Below are positions 48,613 through 59,187 of a stretch of DNA of 64,000 nt, one piece after another. Made by a program: the position numbers and the translations under genes. The notes beneath the pieces are model-generated. The model saw only the letters and a program-made list of their open reading frames with translations, made no database searches and was not told where the DNA came from. This DNA comes from Candidatus Bathyarchaeota archaeon (GTDB lineage: Archaea; Thermoproteota; Bathyarchaeia; Bathyarchaeales; Bathycorpusculaceae): assembly GCA_963733095.1 (NCBI GenBank), contig CAVTBV010000001.1:96001-160000 (forward strand), in the 5' to 3' direction. Within the stretch, counting starts at the first letter, position 1; each line of letters begins with the position of its first letter.

Positions 48613-49254
48613 TTATGCTTCAGCTGCAACTGGTGCAGGTGCTGCTTCTACTGGTGCTTCTGGCAGTTTTGCTGGCGCAGAGATGAGCTTAGATTTTCTT
48701 ATGCCGACGTGTCTTAGTGGTGCAACGAGTTTAGCTTGGTTATAGATGTCTGAAGCGATTTTTCCGAGGACCATTTCCTGAACGAACTGGTCAAGGGTTA
48801 ATGCGGCAGCTTTTTCTTTGATGGTTTTCTGCATCATGTTGCGGATGATTTTTTCCTGCGAGGTCTTTATTCTTGAAAGCGTTAGGGCTGAAACTGCGAT
48901 TCTGAGTTTGTAACCGTCTTTTGTGGTTAAGTTGAATAACCCATCAACTTTAGTGGTTCTCCTTCTAACTAAACTGCGGAGGTAGTCTCGTGAGTATTCA
49001 TGACCCTTGAAGAGTGTTCTTGCGGATTTACCTTCTATCTCGTTTATCTGGAAGAACATTTTGAGGTAATGATGAGAAAAGTCACCTGTAATATCGTATA
49101 GGGTTGCTTCGACAACTCTGCCGATCATCTGTTGTTCTTCTTGTGCAGGTATCGAACCTAACTCTATGTTACCAAAGAACGATGGCGCAACTACCATGTA
49201 CCAGGATTTTCCACGCCACTTATCGCGTATATGCTTTGCTGATTTTGAAGACAA
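48613..49254 (-). CDS. rps3ae: 30S ribosomal protein eS1 (S3Ae)
   Basis: RDKW..K.WY, GRVVE.TL, RDYLRSLVRR, PLRHV.IRKSK. Confidence 0.96.
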   Translation of the reverse strand: MSSKSAKHIRDKWRGKSWYMVVAPSFFGNIELGSIPAQEEQQMIGRVVEATLYDITGDFSHHYLKMFFQINEIEGKSARTLFKGHEYSRDYLRSLVRRRTTKVDGLFNLTTKDGYKLRIAVSALTLSRIKTSQEKIIRNMMQKTIKEKAAALTLDQFVQEMVLGKIASDIYNQAKLVAPLRHVGIRKSKLISAPAKLPEAPVEAAPAPVAAEA

Positions 49255-49304
49255 GCTTATTTCTCCAAGCGTGCCACAAGATTCTCAACGAAATATTAAA
49301 AGGT

Positions 49305-50594
49305 TTATGGCTTTTTACTTATTTTCTCTCTGCCACCCATGTACTTTCTTAACGCTTCAGGTACGTTTACTGTTCCATCTTCATTCTGGTTGTTCTCCAA
49401 CAACGCAACAATGGTTCTACCGGTGGCAACAGCGGTCGAATTCAAAGTGTGCACAACGCCTTTGGGTGCAGCGCCTTCTTTTTCTCGATACTTGATTCCT
49501 AACCGTCTGCCCTGATAGTCAGTGCAGTTACTGCAGGAAACCACTTCGCGATAGCCATTCTGCGCTGGCATCCACGCTTCAATGTCATATTTTTTCGCTG
49601 CTACAGTCCCGATGTCACCTGTACAAACGTTTACAACCCTGTAGGGTAAACCGATTTTCTGCAGCAATTCTTCAGCGTTTTGGAGGAGTTCTTCGTGGAG
49701 TTTGGGTGAGTCTTCGGGTTTGCAGAAGATAAATTGCTCGATTTTGTTGAATTGGTGAGTGCGAAAGATGCCACGTGTATCTTTTCCGTGTGCACCTGCT
49801 TCTTTACGAAAACAAGTGCTTATGCCAGCAAGTTTTACGGGCATTTCTTGTTCTTTTAGGGTTTCATTCATGAGCATTGCTGCCATTGGATGCTCGGATG
49901 TGGCAATTAAGTAAAGGTCCTCATTTTCAACCTTGTAGAGGACTTCTTCAAAGTCTCCCAGTGCAGTGACTCCTTCGTAGGCTTCTCTTGTCATTAACAA
50001 TGGCGGAACAATTGCGGTGTATCCTTTTTTTGAGAGCTCTTCGATTGCAAAGACCATGAGAGCCATGTCTAACATTGCGACTTCGTTTTTTAGGTAGAAA
50101 AACCTTGAACCCGAGACTTTTCCAGCGCGGTCCATGTCGATTAAGTCAAGGTTTAGGGCTAAGTCGATGTGGTTTTTTATCGGAAAAGTAAACCCTGGGA
50201 TTGTTCCCCAAGTCTTTACCTGTACGTTATCGTTTGAGTCTTTTCCCACAGGAACTGAATCTTCCAGTAGGTTTGGTAATCGCATGAGGTAATCGTGGAT
50301 TTTCTGTTCTTGCTCGGCTACCTGTTTTTCCATCAACTTTATTTTTTGGTCGATGTCTTGTGCCCTTGTGAATTCGTCCGTGGCTTCTTTGCCAGTTTTT
50401 TTGAGTTTAGCGATTTCTATAGTGACTATTTTTCGGTCATGGCGCAGCTCGTTTAGTTTGGTGTTGTTCAACCGCCACTCCTTATCAACCACCGTCAACA
50501 TTTCGAGCATCTGGAGGACTTCGGGGTTGCCACGTTTGGCCAAATTAGCCTTTACAAGTTCAGGTTTCTCGCGGATAAGCTTGATATCTAACAT
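49305..50594 (-). CDS. serS: Seryl-tRNA synthetase
   Basis: LIATSEH, FRKEAG, GIFRTHQF.K.EQ, EVVSCSNC.DYQ.RRL, HTLNST. Confidence 0.97.
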   Translation of the reverse strand: MLDIKLIREKPELVKANLAKRGNPEVLQMLEMLTVVDKEWRLNNTKLNELRHDRKIVTIEIAKLKKTGKEATDEFTRAQDIDQKIKLMEKQVAEQEQKIHDYLMRLPNLLEDSVPVGKDSNDNVQVKTWGTIPGFTFPIKNHIDLALNLDLIDMDRAGKVSGSRFFYLKNEVAMLDMALMVFAIEELSKKGYTAIVPPLLMTREAYEGVTALGDFEEVLYKVENEDLYLIATSEHPMAAMLMNETLKEQEMPVKLAGISTCFRKEAGAHGKDTRGIFRTHQFNKIEQFIFCKPEDSPKLHEELLQNAEELLQKIGLPYRVVNVCTGDIGTVAAKKYDIEAWMPAQNGYREVVSCSNCTDYQGRRLGIKYREKEGAAPKGVVHTLNSTAVATGRTIVALLENNQNEDGTVNVPEALRKYMGGREKISKKP

Positions 50595-50746
50595 GTTCTC
50601 ACACGGGATAATTCTCTACTAACAAAAACAGCTATTTAACTTTACGATACAAACAACAATTCAAACAGTGATGTGTGAAAACACCGCGTAGTTACTAAAA
50701 AATGAAAGAAGATTGGGAAATGGTTTCTAAAATTTTGTTGTCCAGT

Positions 50747-51037
50747 CTATTTTTTGGATAGAGTTATCTCCATCGTGGAAACCATTCTGGACTTGTTCTC
50801 TCCCTCACGAGGTGGCATCTCGGCTGTCCCGATAGCAATCTTGCTAACTGTTAGGTCTTTAATGAACCGGTTCCTTGCGATTTCAGCTACGTCAACAGCG
50901 GTGGTTATGGCTTGGCCTCTTGCTTTCAGAGTGATTTCGTTTAGGTTTCCTGCAGAGAGGCTTGTGATGATTGCCAGAACATAACTCATTGGGGGTTTGT
51001 TTCCGACGAAGATTACGTCATTTGCTTTTTCCGTCAT
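50747..51037 (-). CDS. albA: DNA/RNA-binding protein Alba
   Basis: VGNKPPMSYVLA, KARGQAI..AVDVAE, VSTMEI. Confidence 0.95.
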   Translation of the reverse strand: MTEKANDVIFVGNKPPMSYVLAIITSLSAGNLNEITLKARGQAITTAVDVAEIARNRFIKDLTVSKIAIGTAEMPPREGENKSRMVSTMEITLSKK

Positions 51038-51212
51038 TTTGTTTTACTCCTTTTGTTTGCTTTGTGTAACGTTGCTGCTTTGCGCTCTGTGCGCGACAGA
51101 ACGTCACTGCCAAAATATGCAGATTCACCCTTATAAGTCCATTGAAAAACCCTCTTCAAGGAACAACCGTTCAACAAAAGAGTAAGAAAGGCTTTTCTAC
51201 AGCCACCCCCTA

Positions 51213-51878
51213 ATGAGCAATAACACTGCCCAGTTGAGAGTTAACTTGCTGACCAAACTCAAAAAGCAAATCCAGCAAATGCTTGCTTCACAAGCAAACG
51301 CCGCACACAAGATAGGCTTAACTCCCAACAAAATAAGCACAATTGGGTTTATACTCGCATTAGCTTCAGCGGTTACATACGGTCTAGCCTCGCCCCATTC
51401 TTTGTGGCTACTTATCTTGGCAGTTGTTTTTCTGTTAGCTTCAGGGTTCTGCGACACTCTCGACGGCATCGTAGCGCGGACTTTTGGGCAAACAACTGTT
51501 TTCGGTGGGTTCTTTGATTCAGTGCTTGACAGGTACGCTGACGCCGCAGTGTACACTGCCATAATCATCTCTGGGCTAAGCAATCCTGCTTGGGGCTCTA
51601 CTTGGGGACCCTTTTGGGGTTTAGCTGCTCTGGCTGGGTCCATGCTGGTGAGTTATACTCGGGCTAGAGCTGAAGCTGTAGGCATAAAAATGGAGTCCGT
51701 GGGTATAGCTGAACGCGCTGAACGCATGCTTATCTTGGCTGCTGTCAGCATAATTGGGTTCTTCTGGTTGCCAACATTAGGATACGGTATAGCCTTGTTA
51801 GCAGTACTTTCAAACATAACAGTTATACAAAGAGCAATTCACGTTTACAGAACATTAAAGAAAAAGGCAGCTGAATAG
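51213..51878 (+). CDS. CDP-alcohol phosphatidyltransferase (archaetidylinositol-phosphate synthase-like)
   Basis: TPN, DTLDG.VAR..GGFFDSVLDRYAD, SYTRARAE, ERAER. Confidence 0.9.
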   Translation: MSNNTAQLRVNLLTKLKKQIQQMLASQANAAHKIGLTPNKISTIGFILALASAVTYGLASPHSLWLLILAVVFLLASGFCDTLDGIVARTFGQTTVFGGFFDSVLDRYADAAVYTAIIISGLSNPAWGSTWGPFWGLAALAGSMLVSYTRARAEAVGIKMESVGIAERAERMLILAAVSIIGFFWLPTLGYGIALLAVLSNITVIQRAIHVYRTLKKKAAE

Positions 51879-51882
51879 CCGC

Positions 51883-52176
51883 TTAGTATCTTCTTTTATA
51901 GCCTTTTGAATGGCGTTCATTTTCTGCACGGACCTTAACGATGCCGCGGTGAACAGCGCAAGAAATACAGTAGTACTTTGTGTCTACCCAAGAGGCTAAA
52001 TATGTTCCGCTTTGTCTGAGTTCTTTAGCTAGTTGCGGCTCAACAAAGGAAACTCTGCGTGTCGACCTCTTCGCTTTGTCACGTGGCACTGAAGCCCCGC
52101 AATTTGCGCATTGAACAAGAGTGCTGCTTCCTTTGTTTCCTTTTGATCTTCCTCGGCTTTTTCGTTTAACGGGCAT
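51883..52176 (-). CDS. rps26e: 30S ribosomal protein eS26
   Basis: KRKSRGR, CANCG..VPRDKA, YCISCAVH..IVKVR. Confidence 0.95.
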   Translation of the reverse strand: MPVKRKSRGRSKGNKGSSTLVQCANCGASVPRDKAKRSTRRVSFVEPQLAKELRQSGTYLASWVDTKYYCISCAVHRGIVKVRAENERHSKGYKRRY

Positions 52177-52224
52177 TAATTTGACCTCTTTCTTTCCTAT
52201 TGTCCATTTATTGACTTCACTATC

Positions 52225-53112
52225 TTATATATCTGACCGTAATTTTAGCAAAGAAGCGATGTTTGCGTTTTGAGATATTTTGGGAACAATTTTTCCATTG
52301 GGTGAAGTCATCAAAGTTGTAACTCCAGGACCGTGTCCAGCAGTTACGCAGTTAGAGTGAACCACAACGCCCACCGAGATGGCGCCTTGACGATAAATTC
52401 TGCCAAACGAATGGTCCGCATCAATAATGGCAACTAAATCGCCAAGCCTCAAACTTCCAAGTCCATACTGCTCAACGACTGCTTCATCGAAGAGTTGAAT
52501 ATCATAGTCGCCTGAGTAAACTTGGTTTGCACCCAACCCTGAACCCATAATTGCTGCCGGGACGATATGTGTAACTGGTACTTCCAACTTGGCATTTTTG
52601 GGCTGTGGGTTCCATGCTTCAAGCAAACCAGGATCCATATTGATCACTTTAATGTCGGGAAAATCCAGAAGCTTCAAACCTGTTCCATAAGCTTTAACCA
52701 AAATCCTGTCCCCGAGAACAAGGCTCTCTAAAACCTCAGGAGAAAAATCAACCAAGACGTGCTCTATCCCCCCGTGTTTTCCCGTGACAACGCCTGTTGC
52801 ACCTTTCGCGTTTCCAATTGCTAAGGTTGCTTGGTTTCCAACGCATGAGAGCACGTTGAAGGCGGTGTTTGCGGCTTGGCCCGAGCGGGCATCGTTTTCC
52901 TTGTTCTCCACGCTGACGCCTGGCTCCACATGGTCTGCTTCCCAACCGCACGCCGAATCGCCAACCCGCAGGTTAAAGGTTATCCCTCCTACTCCTGGAA
53001 GCACCACGGGTTTTCCTGTTGCCGAGACATTATAGACTGAACGGATGGTTGGGCTGGCGATTTCGCCCATAACTGAGATTTTTATGAGTTTTTCGACGTT
53101 TGTTCTAAGCAT
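52225..53112 (-). CDS. DUF4438 family protein
   Basis: LPGVGGIT, DHVEPGVS, CVGN, GKHGG, GSGLG, GDYDI, HS..GHGPG. Confidence 0.8.
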   Translation of the reverse strand: MLRTNVEKLIKISVMGEIASPTIRSVYNVSATGKPVVLPGVGGITFNLRVGDSACGWEADHVEPGVSVENKENDARSGQAANTAFNVLSCVGNQATLAIGNAKGATGVVTGKHGGIEHVLVDFSPEVLESLVLGDRILVKAYGTGLKLLDFPDIKVINMDPGLLEAWNPQPKNAKLEVPVTHIVPAAIMGSGLGANQVYSGDYDIQLFDEAVVEQYGLGSLRLGDLVAIIDADHSFGRIYRQGAISVGVVVHSNCVTAGHGPGVTTLMTSPNGKIVPKISQNANIASLLKLRSDI

Positions 53113-53261
53113 AAAATGATCCTCTGAGATATTGTGGTCTAACGCGTGGGCTCTAATAAAACTTCACAGGTTCTTTTGGGGTTAAGATACTCTTAAATTA
53201 TGCTTTTCTTTTAATGTTCAATTGGAATCTAAGCTTCAAAAATTATCGGAAGTAAATAGCT

Positions 53262-53840
53262 ATGTCTGAACTTGGATTAAGACCTAAAATGTTGGTAAGA
53301 GACGTGATGAGCAGCCCAGTTGTGACGATGGATGAAGATGAAACTACAAACAAGGCTGCTAACAACATGGATATGCATGATTTAGGCGCTGTCATAGTTA
53401 CAAACAAAGCAGGAAAATCCATAGGCATCATAACTGAACGGGACTTAGTTATCAGGGTTATTGCCAAAAACCTCAAGCCAGACACTGTTAAGGCTAAAGA
53501 AATCATGACTACCCCTCTAGTCACCATAGAACCTGAAGCTACCATAAGCGATGCAGCAAGAAGAATGACAAGGCTCGACATCAGGCGACTGGTTGTGATC
53601 TACAAGGGCAACCTTGTGGGTATAATCTCGAGCAAAGACATCCTTGGAGTAATGCCGGAACTCATCGAGATAATGCAGGAACGCTCACGCATCGAAGGCG
53701 CGGCCCGAACTGAAGAGGACGCGGAAGTGCCGCTGTCTGGATACTGCGACAGTTGTGATGAATATTCTGAAAACCTAAAAGAACGCAACGGACAAAATAT
53801 CTGCGATGAATGCCGTATAGAACTCGACGAAGAAAAATAG
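53262..53840 (+). CDS. CBS-pair protein with C-terminal zinc finger
   Basis: GIITERD, IRRLVV, GIISSKD; GYCDSC..ICDEC. Confidence 0.88.
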   Translation: MSELGLRPKMLVRDVMSSPVVTMDEDETTNKAANNMDMHDLGAVIVTNKAGKSIGIITERDLVIRVIAKNLKPDTVKAKEIMTTPLVTIEPEATISDAARRMTRLDIRRLVVIYKGNLVGIISSKDILGVMPELIEIMQERSRIEGAARTEEDAEVPLSGYCDSCDEYSENLKERNGQNICDECRIELDEEK

Positions 53841-53883
53841 CCACTCATTGCTGTCTATTCTTTCGTTACCGCTAAAGGTAATT

Positions 53884-54129
53884 TTAAGACCAAACTGAAC
53901 CTTGAGAAGGTGGCCTCAACCTTTGCTCGACCACTTCTACGCCATAACGAACCAGACTTTTCACTGCACTTACTCTTTTTCTTGGAACAACTGCCACACT
54001 GTGAATTAAACCGTACAATGACAGAACAACCTTGGCCAAAAACGAAGACTTCGAGTAAACCACAGGCCTCAAAACCAAAAGAAAAAACTCTAAGAACCCA
54101 TCCTGCGCCCTCTTTTTAAAAGCCATCAC
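53884..54129 (-). CDS. Possible small hypothetical protein
   Basis: 81-aa ORF filling the gap between CBS gene and pyrC; no motif. Confidence 0.35.
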   Translation of the reverse strand: MMAFKKRAQDGFLEFFLLVLRPVVYSKSSFLAKVVLSLYGLIHSVAVVPRKRVSAVKSLVRYGVEVVEQRLRPPSQGSVWS

Positions 54130-54258
54130 GCCACTTCTGCAAGCACATAATCATCCCCATTAAAATTAAGGGTTTTGTTTAAATCTGCCAATTATTCCAT
54201 CCTGTATTGGCTTAAGATAAAACTTAAATTAACCAAACCACCCGCTATTTAATAGACC

Positions 54259-55614
54259 GTGACCCACTTGATTGTTGACTATGTTTTCACAAACGCCAAA
54301 GCCTACCTTGGCGGACAAATAGTTGACTGCAGTATAGCCCTCGAAGAAGGCAAAATCCAGAAAATCGGCAAAGAAACCCAAATGCCTAAAGCCGACCAAA
54401 AAACCGATTTGCACAACCTTTTGGTTTTGCCCGGCTTGATTGATGAACACGTTCACCTACGCGATGAAGGCAGGACGTACAAGGAAGACTTTTCCTCAGG
54501 AACCGCCGCTGCCGCTGTTGGGGGATTCACCACTGTTTTGGATATGCCAAACAACGACCCTGTCACCATGAGCGTTGAGACCCTGCCCAACCGCATACGA
54601 ATTGCACAAAGAAAAATCCTTGTAAACGTCGGCTTCCACTCGGAATTCCCAAAAAAGCTGAGTGAAATCGAAGTAATCATTCTTGAAGGTGCGGTTGGAT
54701 TCAAACTTTTCATGGGAAGCCAAATTGGCGGCTTAAACTTAGAGGATGACCAAGCCTTGGTGGAAGCCTTAAAAGAGGTCGCCAAGTTAAATGTACCAGT
54801 GGCAGTCCACGCCGAAGATAAAGCTACGTTGACAGGTAATGAGGAAAAACTCAAACAAGCCCAAAAAAATGGCGCCGCCGATTTTTTGAGGGCACACACC
54901 GAAACAGTCGAACTAAAAGCAATCCAGCGGCTCCTAAAACTAAGCGAGCCAACCGGAGTGCAGCTACATTTCTGCCATGTCACAAGCCAAGAAGGCTTAA
55001 GCGCGATTGCAGAAGCCAAAAAATATGGTAGAAAAGTAACCTGTGAAGTTACCCCAAATCACCTCTTGCTGACAAGCGAAGATGTTAAGCGTATTGGAAC
55101 CATGGCGATTATGGCGCCGCCGCTCCGTGGCAAAACCCACATGGAAGCGCTTTGGAAGGGTATTGAAAATGGTGTCGTCGATACGGTTGGCTCGGACCAT
55201 GCCCCTCATGCTTTAAGCGAAAAGTCAGCTGAGAGCGTGTGGGATGTAAAAGTTGGTGTACCAGGACTCGAAACCACTCTACCCCTCATCTTGACTCTTG
55301 TCAAGAAGAATCGATTAACACTTTCACAAACTGTTCAGCTATTAGCCGAGAAACCAGCAGAAATCTACGGTTTAAACGACTGTGGAAGCCTAGAACAGGG
55401 CAAAAACGCGGACATAACGATAGTAGATTTTAACCGTAAATTCAAAATCGATGCCTCTAAATTTAAGTCCAAAGCCAAGTTTTCACCTTACGACGGCTGG
55501 GATGTTCAAGGTAAAGTGGTAAAGACAATCGTGAACGGCCAATTGGTTTTTGATGAGGGTGAAATTGTTGCTAAAGGCGGCAGCGGTTTGATTGTTCGGA
55601 GAGGAAACGTGTGA
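54259..55614 (+). CDS. pyrC: Dihydroorotase (amidohydrolase family)
   Basis: PGLIDEHVHLR, GGFTT..DMPN, HAED, CHVT, EVTPNHL, GSDHAPH. Confidence 0.85.
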   Translation: MTHLIVDYVFTNAKAYLGGQIVDCSIALEEGKIQKIGKETQMPKADQKTDLHNLLVLPGLIDEHVHLRDEGRTYKEDFSSGTAAAAVGGFTTVLDMPNNDPVTMSVETLPNRIRIAQRKILVNVGFHSEFPKKLSEIEVIILEGAVGFKLFMGSQIGGLNLEDDQALVEALKEVAKLNVPVAVHAEDKATLTGNEEKLKQAQKNGAADFLRAHTETVELKAIQRLLKLSEPTGVQLHFCHVTSQEGLSAIAEAKKYGRKVTCEVTPNHLLLTSEDVKRIGTMAIMAPPLRGKTHMEALWKGIENGVVDTVGSDHAPHALSEKSAESVWDVKVGVPGLETTLPLILTLVKKNRLTLSQTVQLLAEKPAEIYGLNDCGSLEQGKNADITIVDFNRKFKIDASKFKSKAKFSPYDGWDVQGKVVKTIVNGQLVFDEGEIVAKGGSGLIVRRGNV

Positions 55615-56099
55615 AGTTCCTTGCAGATGGGATGCTTGGAAAACTGACGCGTTGGCTTCGCATGCTGGGGCAAGATGTACTGTACTCAGTGCAGTACGAT
55701 GATTCTGAGCTTTTAGAGTTGGCAAAGAAGGACGAGCGGGCTTTGTTGACGAAGGATTTTGAGCTCTACAAACGCGCCATCGGCAGAGGCATGGACGCGT
55801 ACTATTTTAAGGGCAAAACAGAGTCTGAGAGGCTGGCAGAAATTGCCAAACGATACGACCTGACGTTAACAATTGACATGAATAAGTCACACTGCCCCGT
55901 ATGCAACACCAAACTCCAATCAACCCCAAAAGATCAACTTAAAGATGAATTGGAAAAGAACACCTATACCTTTTATGACAATTTTTGGAAGTGCCCCAAC
56001 TGCAGAAAAATCTACTGGCAAGGAGCTCACTGGAAACAAATCACAGAAACACTGGACCAAGCGCAAGCAAAATTGCAAAAATTAAAAGAGAAAAATTGA
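55611..56099 (+). CDS. Mut7-C RNase (PIN-like) domain protein
   Basis: FLADGMLGKL.RWLR.LG, LTKD, CPVCN, CPNC.KIYWQGAHW; GTGA overlap. Confidence 0.9.
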   Translation: MKFLADGMLGKLTRWLRMLGQDVLYSVQYDDSELLELAKKDERALLTKDFELYKRAIGRGMDAYYFKGKTESERLAEIAKRYDLTLTIDMNKSHCPVCNTKLQSTPKDQLKDELEKNTYTFYDNFWKCPNCRKIYWQGAHWKQITETLDQAQAKLQKLKEKN

Positions 56100-56102
56100 G
56101 GC

Positions 56103-56345
56103 TTAAGATAGCCATTTTAGAGGAATATCTTGGAAAGTCCCGTCTGGCAGTGTTCTTCGAATAGTGATTGGCAATATTCCCGCGTCAAGTTCACTGAGTG
56201 CGATGTCGATCGGGTTTGTGTTTTCTTCTGCATCTACCAAGATTGGTGCTCCCATCGAGATTTGCAACGCGCGTGCGCCGACTATTCTTGCTTTCTCGAA
56301 GCGAGTAATTTTTGGGGGTCCAACATTTATTTTTTGTTCTGACAT
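56103..56345 (-). CDS. rpo6: RNA polymerase subunit Rpo6 (RpoK)
   Basis: [27 protein letters not shown]. Confidence 0.96.
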   Translation of the reverse strand: MSEQKINVGPPKITRFEKARIVGARALQISMGAPILVDAEENTNPIDIALSELDAGILPITIRRTLPDGTFQDIPLKWLS

Positions 56346-58007
56346 TTACATCATACCGCCGGGCATTCCACCCATACCGCCCATGCCCATTCCTCCCCCT
56401 GGTGGCATTGGAGAAGTCTTCATTTTTGCTGAGGATATTACGTCGTCGATTTTTAGAATCATGGATGCTGCTTCGTTTGCTGATTTGATAATTTGTTTTT
56501 TGACTGCTAATGGTTCGTAGACGTTTATTTTTGTCATGTCTTCGACTTTGCCTGCGAGAACATCTATGCCTGCCCATGTTTCGCCTTTTTGGTGTCGTGT
56601 CCGTAGTTCTGAAAGTATATCGACTGGATCTAAACCTGCGTTTTCCGCAAGCGTCACAGCAATAGCTTCAAGGGCCTCTGCGAATATTGTGATTGCGAGC
56701 TGCTCTCTTCCCTTAACGGTCTGAGCATATTTTTTTAGGACACTTGCCATCTCTAGTTCGGGAGCGCTTCCTCCAGCAACGATTTTTGGCTCTTCAATTA
56801 AGTCTTTAACAACGCAGAGTGCGTCATGAATGGAGCGTTCGGCTTCTGCAGTCATCCGCTGAGTTCCACCCCTGATTAAGAGTGTAACTGACTTAGGATT
56901 CTTGCAACCCTCTATGTAAGTCATCTTGTCCTCGCCTGTTCGGCGTTCCTCAACCACGGCTGCATAGCCAAGATCTGAGGCAGTGAGTGCGTCGATGTTG
57001 CTTATGATTTTTGCGCCTGTAGCTCTGGCGAGTTTTTCCATGTCAGATTTCTTTGCTCTGCGAATAGCTATTACCCCTTTTCTGGCAAGGAAGTGTTGAG
57101 CCATATCGTCGATGCCCTTCTGACATACTACGACGTTTGCGCCTGAAGAGAGGACTTTTTCAACCATGTCTTTTAGCATGGTTTCTTCCTGCTTTAGGAA
57201 CGCTTCTATCTGCTCGGGGCTCTCTATGTTAATTTTTGCATCCATCTCTGGTTTCTCGTTTTCCAACGACGCGTCAAGTAACGCAATCTTTGCTTTTTCC
57301 ATGCGTTTGGGCATGCCTGAATGGACGATTTCTTTGTCTAAAACTATGCCGTTGATTAGGCTTGTTTCTTTGAGGGATTCGCCTGTTTTCTTCTCAACCT
57401 TCACATCATCAACGTCTGCTTTGTAGCCGCCGTCTTGTTTTTCAGCTACTGCCAGCATGGCTCTGACGGCTAAGTCGGCTAAATAATCTTTGTATTCGGC
57501 TACGATTTTACTGCCCATGGCTGTTGAAGCTGCCTTTTTGAGGTAATCGTGTGATTTTAAATCGATTGGCAGAGCGATTTTCTCCAAAGTTTCTAGGGCT
57601 TTGTCCGCGGCTTTTCGGTAACCGTCAATGATGACTGTTGGATGAATGTTTTTGTCGATTAATTCCTCAGCTCTGCTCAGGAGTTCACCAGCAATTATGA
57701 CGGCTGATGTTGTTCCATCGCCAGCTTCTTTGTCCTGTGTTTTGGCGACTTCAACAAGCATTTTTGCCGCTGGATGCTGAACATCCATCTCATCAAGGAT
57801 GGTTCTGCCGTCGCTTGTTATTGTAACGTCTCCGAAGCTGTCAACGAGCATCTTATCCATGCCTCTCGGGCCCAATGCGCTTCGAACGCTTTCTGCAACA
57901 ACTTTAGCGGCCATAATGTTGCTGTGTTGTGCTTGTCTTCCGCGGGACCTATCTGAGCCTTCTTTCATAACCAGAATAGGTACTCCGCCAGCTTGTGAAT
58001 TTGACAA
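56346..58007 (-). CDS. ths: Thermosome (group II chaperonin) subunit
   Basis: [17 protein letters not shown]-rich tail. Confidence 0.96.
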   Translation of the reverse strand: MSNSQAGGVPILVMKEGSDRSRGRQAQHSNIMAAKVVAESVRSALGPRGMDKMLVDSFGDVTITSDGRTILDEMDVQHPAAKMLVEVAKTQDKEAGDGTTSAVIIAGELLSRAEELIDKNIHPTVIIDGYRKAADKALETLEKIALPIDLKSHDYLKKAASTAMGSKIVAEYKDYLADLAVRAMLAVAEKQDGGYKADVDDVKVEKKTGESLKETSLINGIVLDKEIVHSGMPKRMEKAKIALLDASLENEKPEMDAKINIESPEQIEAFLKQEETMLKDMVEKVLSSGANVVVCQKGIDDMAQHFLARKGVIAIRRAKKSDMEKLARATGAKIISNIDALTASDLGYAAVVEERRTGEDKMTYIEGCKNPKSVTLLIRGGTQRMTAEAERSIHDALCVVKDLIEEPKIVAGGSAPELEMASVLKKYAQTVKGREQLAITIFAEALEAIAVTLAENAGLDPVDILSELRTRHQKGETWAGIDVLAGKVEDMTKINVYEPLAVKKQIIKSANEAASMILKIDDVISSAKMKTSPMPPGGGMGMGGMGGMPGGMM

Positions 58008-58556
58008 ATCAAGTAACCTCCAATAATGCGAACAACAACAAAACGTTATTAACCATATAAGTTTTTCCTATTAACGCTATGTTGAACAAAGCCTCGGCAA
58101 GCAGTTTTTGCATCATAAACCAATTTTTTGGGTTATTTGGCCTTTCATTTTTGCAGGCGCTAACAGTTGCCTATCTATGTTTTTTCTTTAGTATTTGTTG
58201 CCGAAAACTCTCCATACCACAACAACAACCAACAGACTAAGATATCAAATGTATTTTGTGTTCTGCGTTAGCGGCGGGTTGCAGGCTGATTGTGAAAGCT
58301 ACCGCAAGTAGAACAGCCAGACCACAACAGAAAGCAGTGAAAGGCAGTGCAATCGGGCACCAGAATAACCCATTCAGCAAACCCTAGCTTTCCCATTGAA
58401 GCAAAACTTGGAACTATCAGACTTCTTCTCCTCATATTAAAGGACGAACAAACCTGATGAGTATTCATTTTTTCTATCAGGGGTAAAGTTAATTGTTATG
58501 AGCGACGGCGGCGTCAGCTCATCTTTATATTAGAAAGAGATTTGCCTGTCTTTTGT

Positions 58557-59060
58557 TCAATAAACTGAAACTTTGGCAACGCCCGAAATCTTTAGCAGTT
58601 CTGGGATGAGTTCTCCAGGGATTTTCTTCTCCACAATCAGTGTCAATTTTGGTTCTGGCGAGAGTTCTGGGTCGTCTACGATTGCTTGTCGTATGCTTAA
58701 GCCTGCTTTGTTTAGGAGCATTGCTGCGTTTGAGAGGATTCCTGGTGATTTTGCGTTTATTGGGGTTATTTCCAGTACGCCTAAGTTTAGATGTTTGGCG
58801 ATTTCCTTGAGCGAATGGCCTGCGGGTCGGATTTCTTCGAATATCATGCGTAGTTCGGGGTTGGCGTGGATGGTGTTGAGGGTTTCGTTGACGGTTCGTC
58901 TGTCGACGCCTGCGACTCTTGCGATGCGAACGGGTGGGATTTCGATTTGGTTTAAGTAGATTTTGTCGCCTTGGATGGATAGGCCGTTTTCTATTAGTAC
59001 GCGTGCTACTTTGAGGCGTTCGGGGTATTCTTGGAGTTGGGTTTTTATTTGGTTCCACAT
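58557..59060 (-). CDS. TrpY-like HTH-ACT amino-acid-sensing regulator
   Basis: IARVAGVDRRTV HTH, PGIL..IRQA..DDPEL ACT; ATG 59060; divergent from trpB2. Confidence 0.8.
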   Translation of the reverse strand: MWNQIKTQLQEYPERLKVARVLIENGLSIQGDKIYLNQIEIPPVRIARVAGVDRRTVNETLNTIHANPELRMIFEEIRPAGHSLKEIAKHLNLGVLEITPINAKSPGILSNAAMLLNKAGLSIRQAIVDDPELSPEPKLTLIVEKKIPGELIPELLKISGVAKVSVY

Positions 59061-59116
59061 TTTGGTTCGCTTGTGTGTGTTTCTGTGCGTTTGGGTATTA
59101 ATATGTTGTTTGGCTA

Positions 59117-59132
59117 TGTCCAAAAATGTACA
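59117..59132. promoter_or_regulatory. Paired TRP-box-like operator
   Basis: TGTCCA-AAAA-TGTACA between the divergent regulator and trpB2. Confidence 0.65.
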
Positions 59133-59187
59133 CAAAAGCCTTAAATAAAACTTTAAAGTACGGTTTATAACCTGAGAAGGCGAAAAA

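Noticed and set aside
58180-58470. Short Cys-containing or hydrophobic ORFs upstream of the thermosome
   Set aside because: Possibly a decayed membrane-protein fragment, but no motif or consistent frame supports a call
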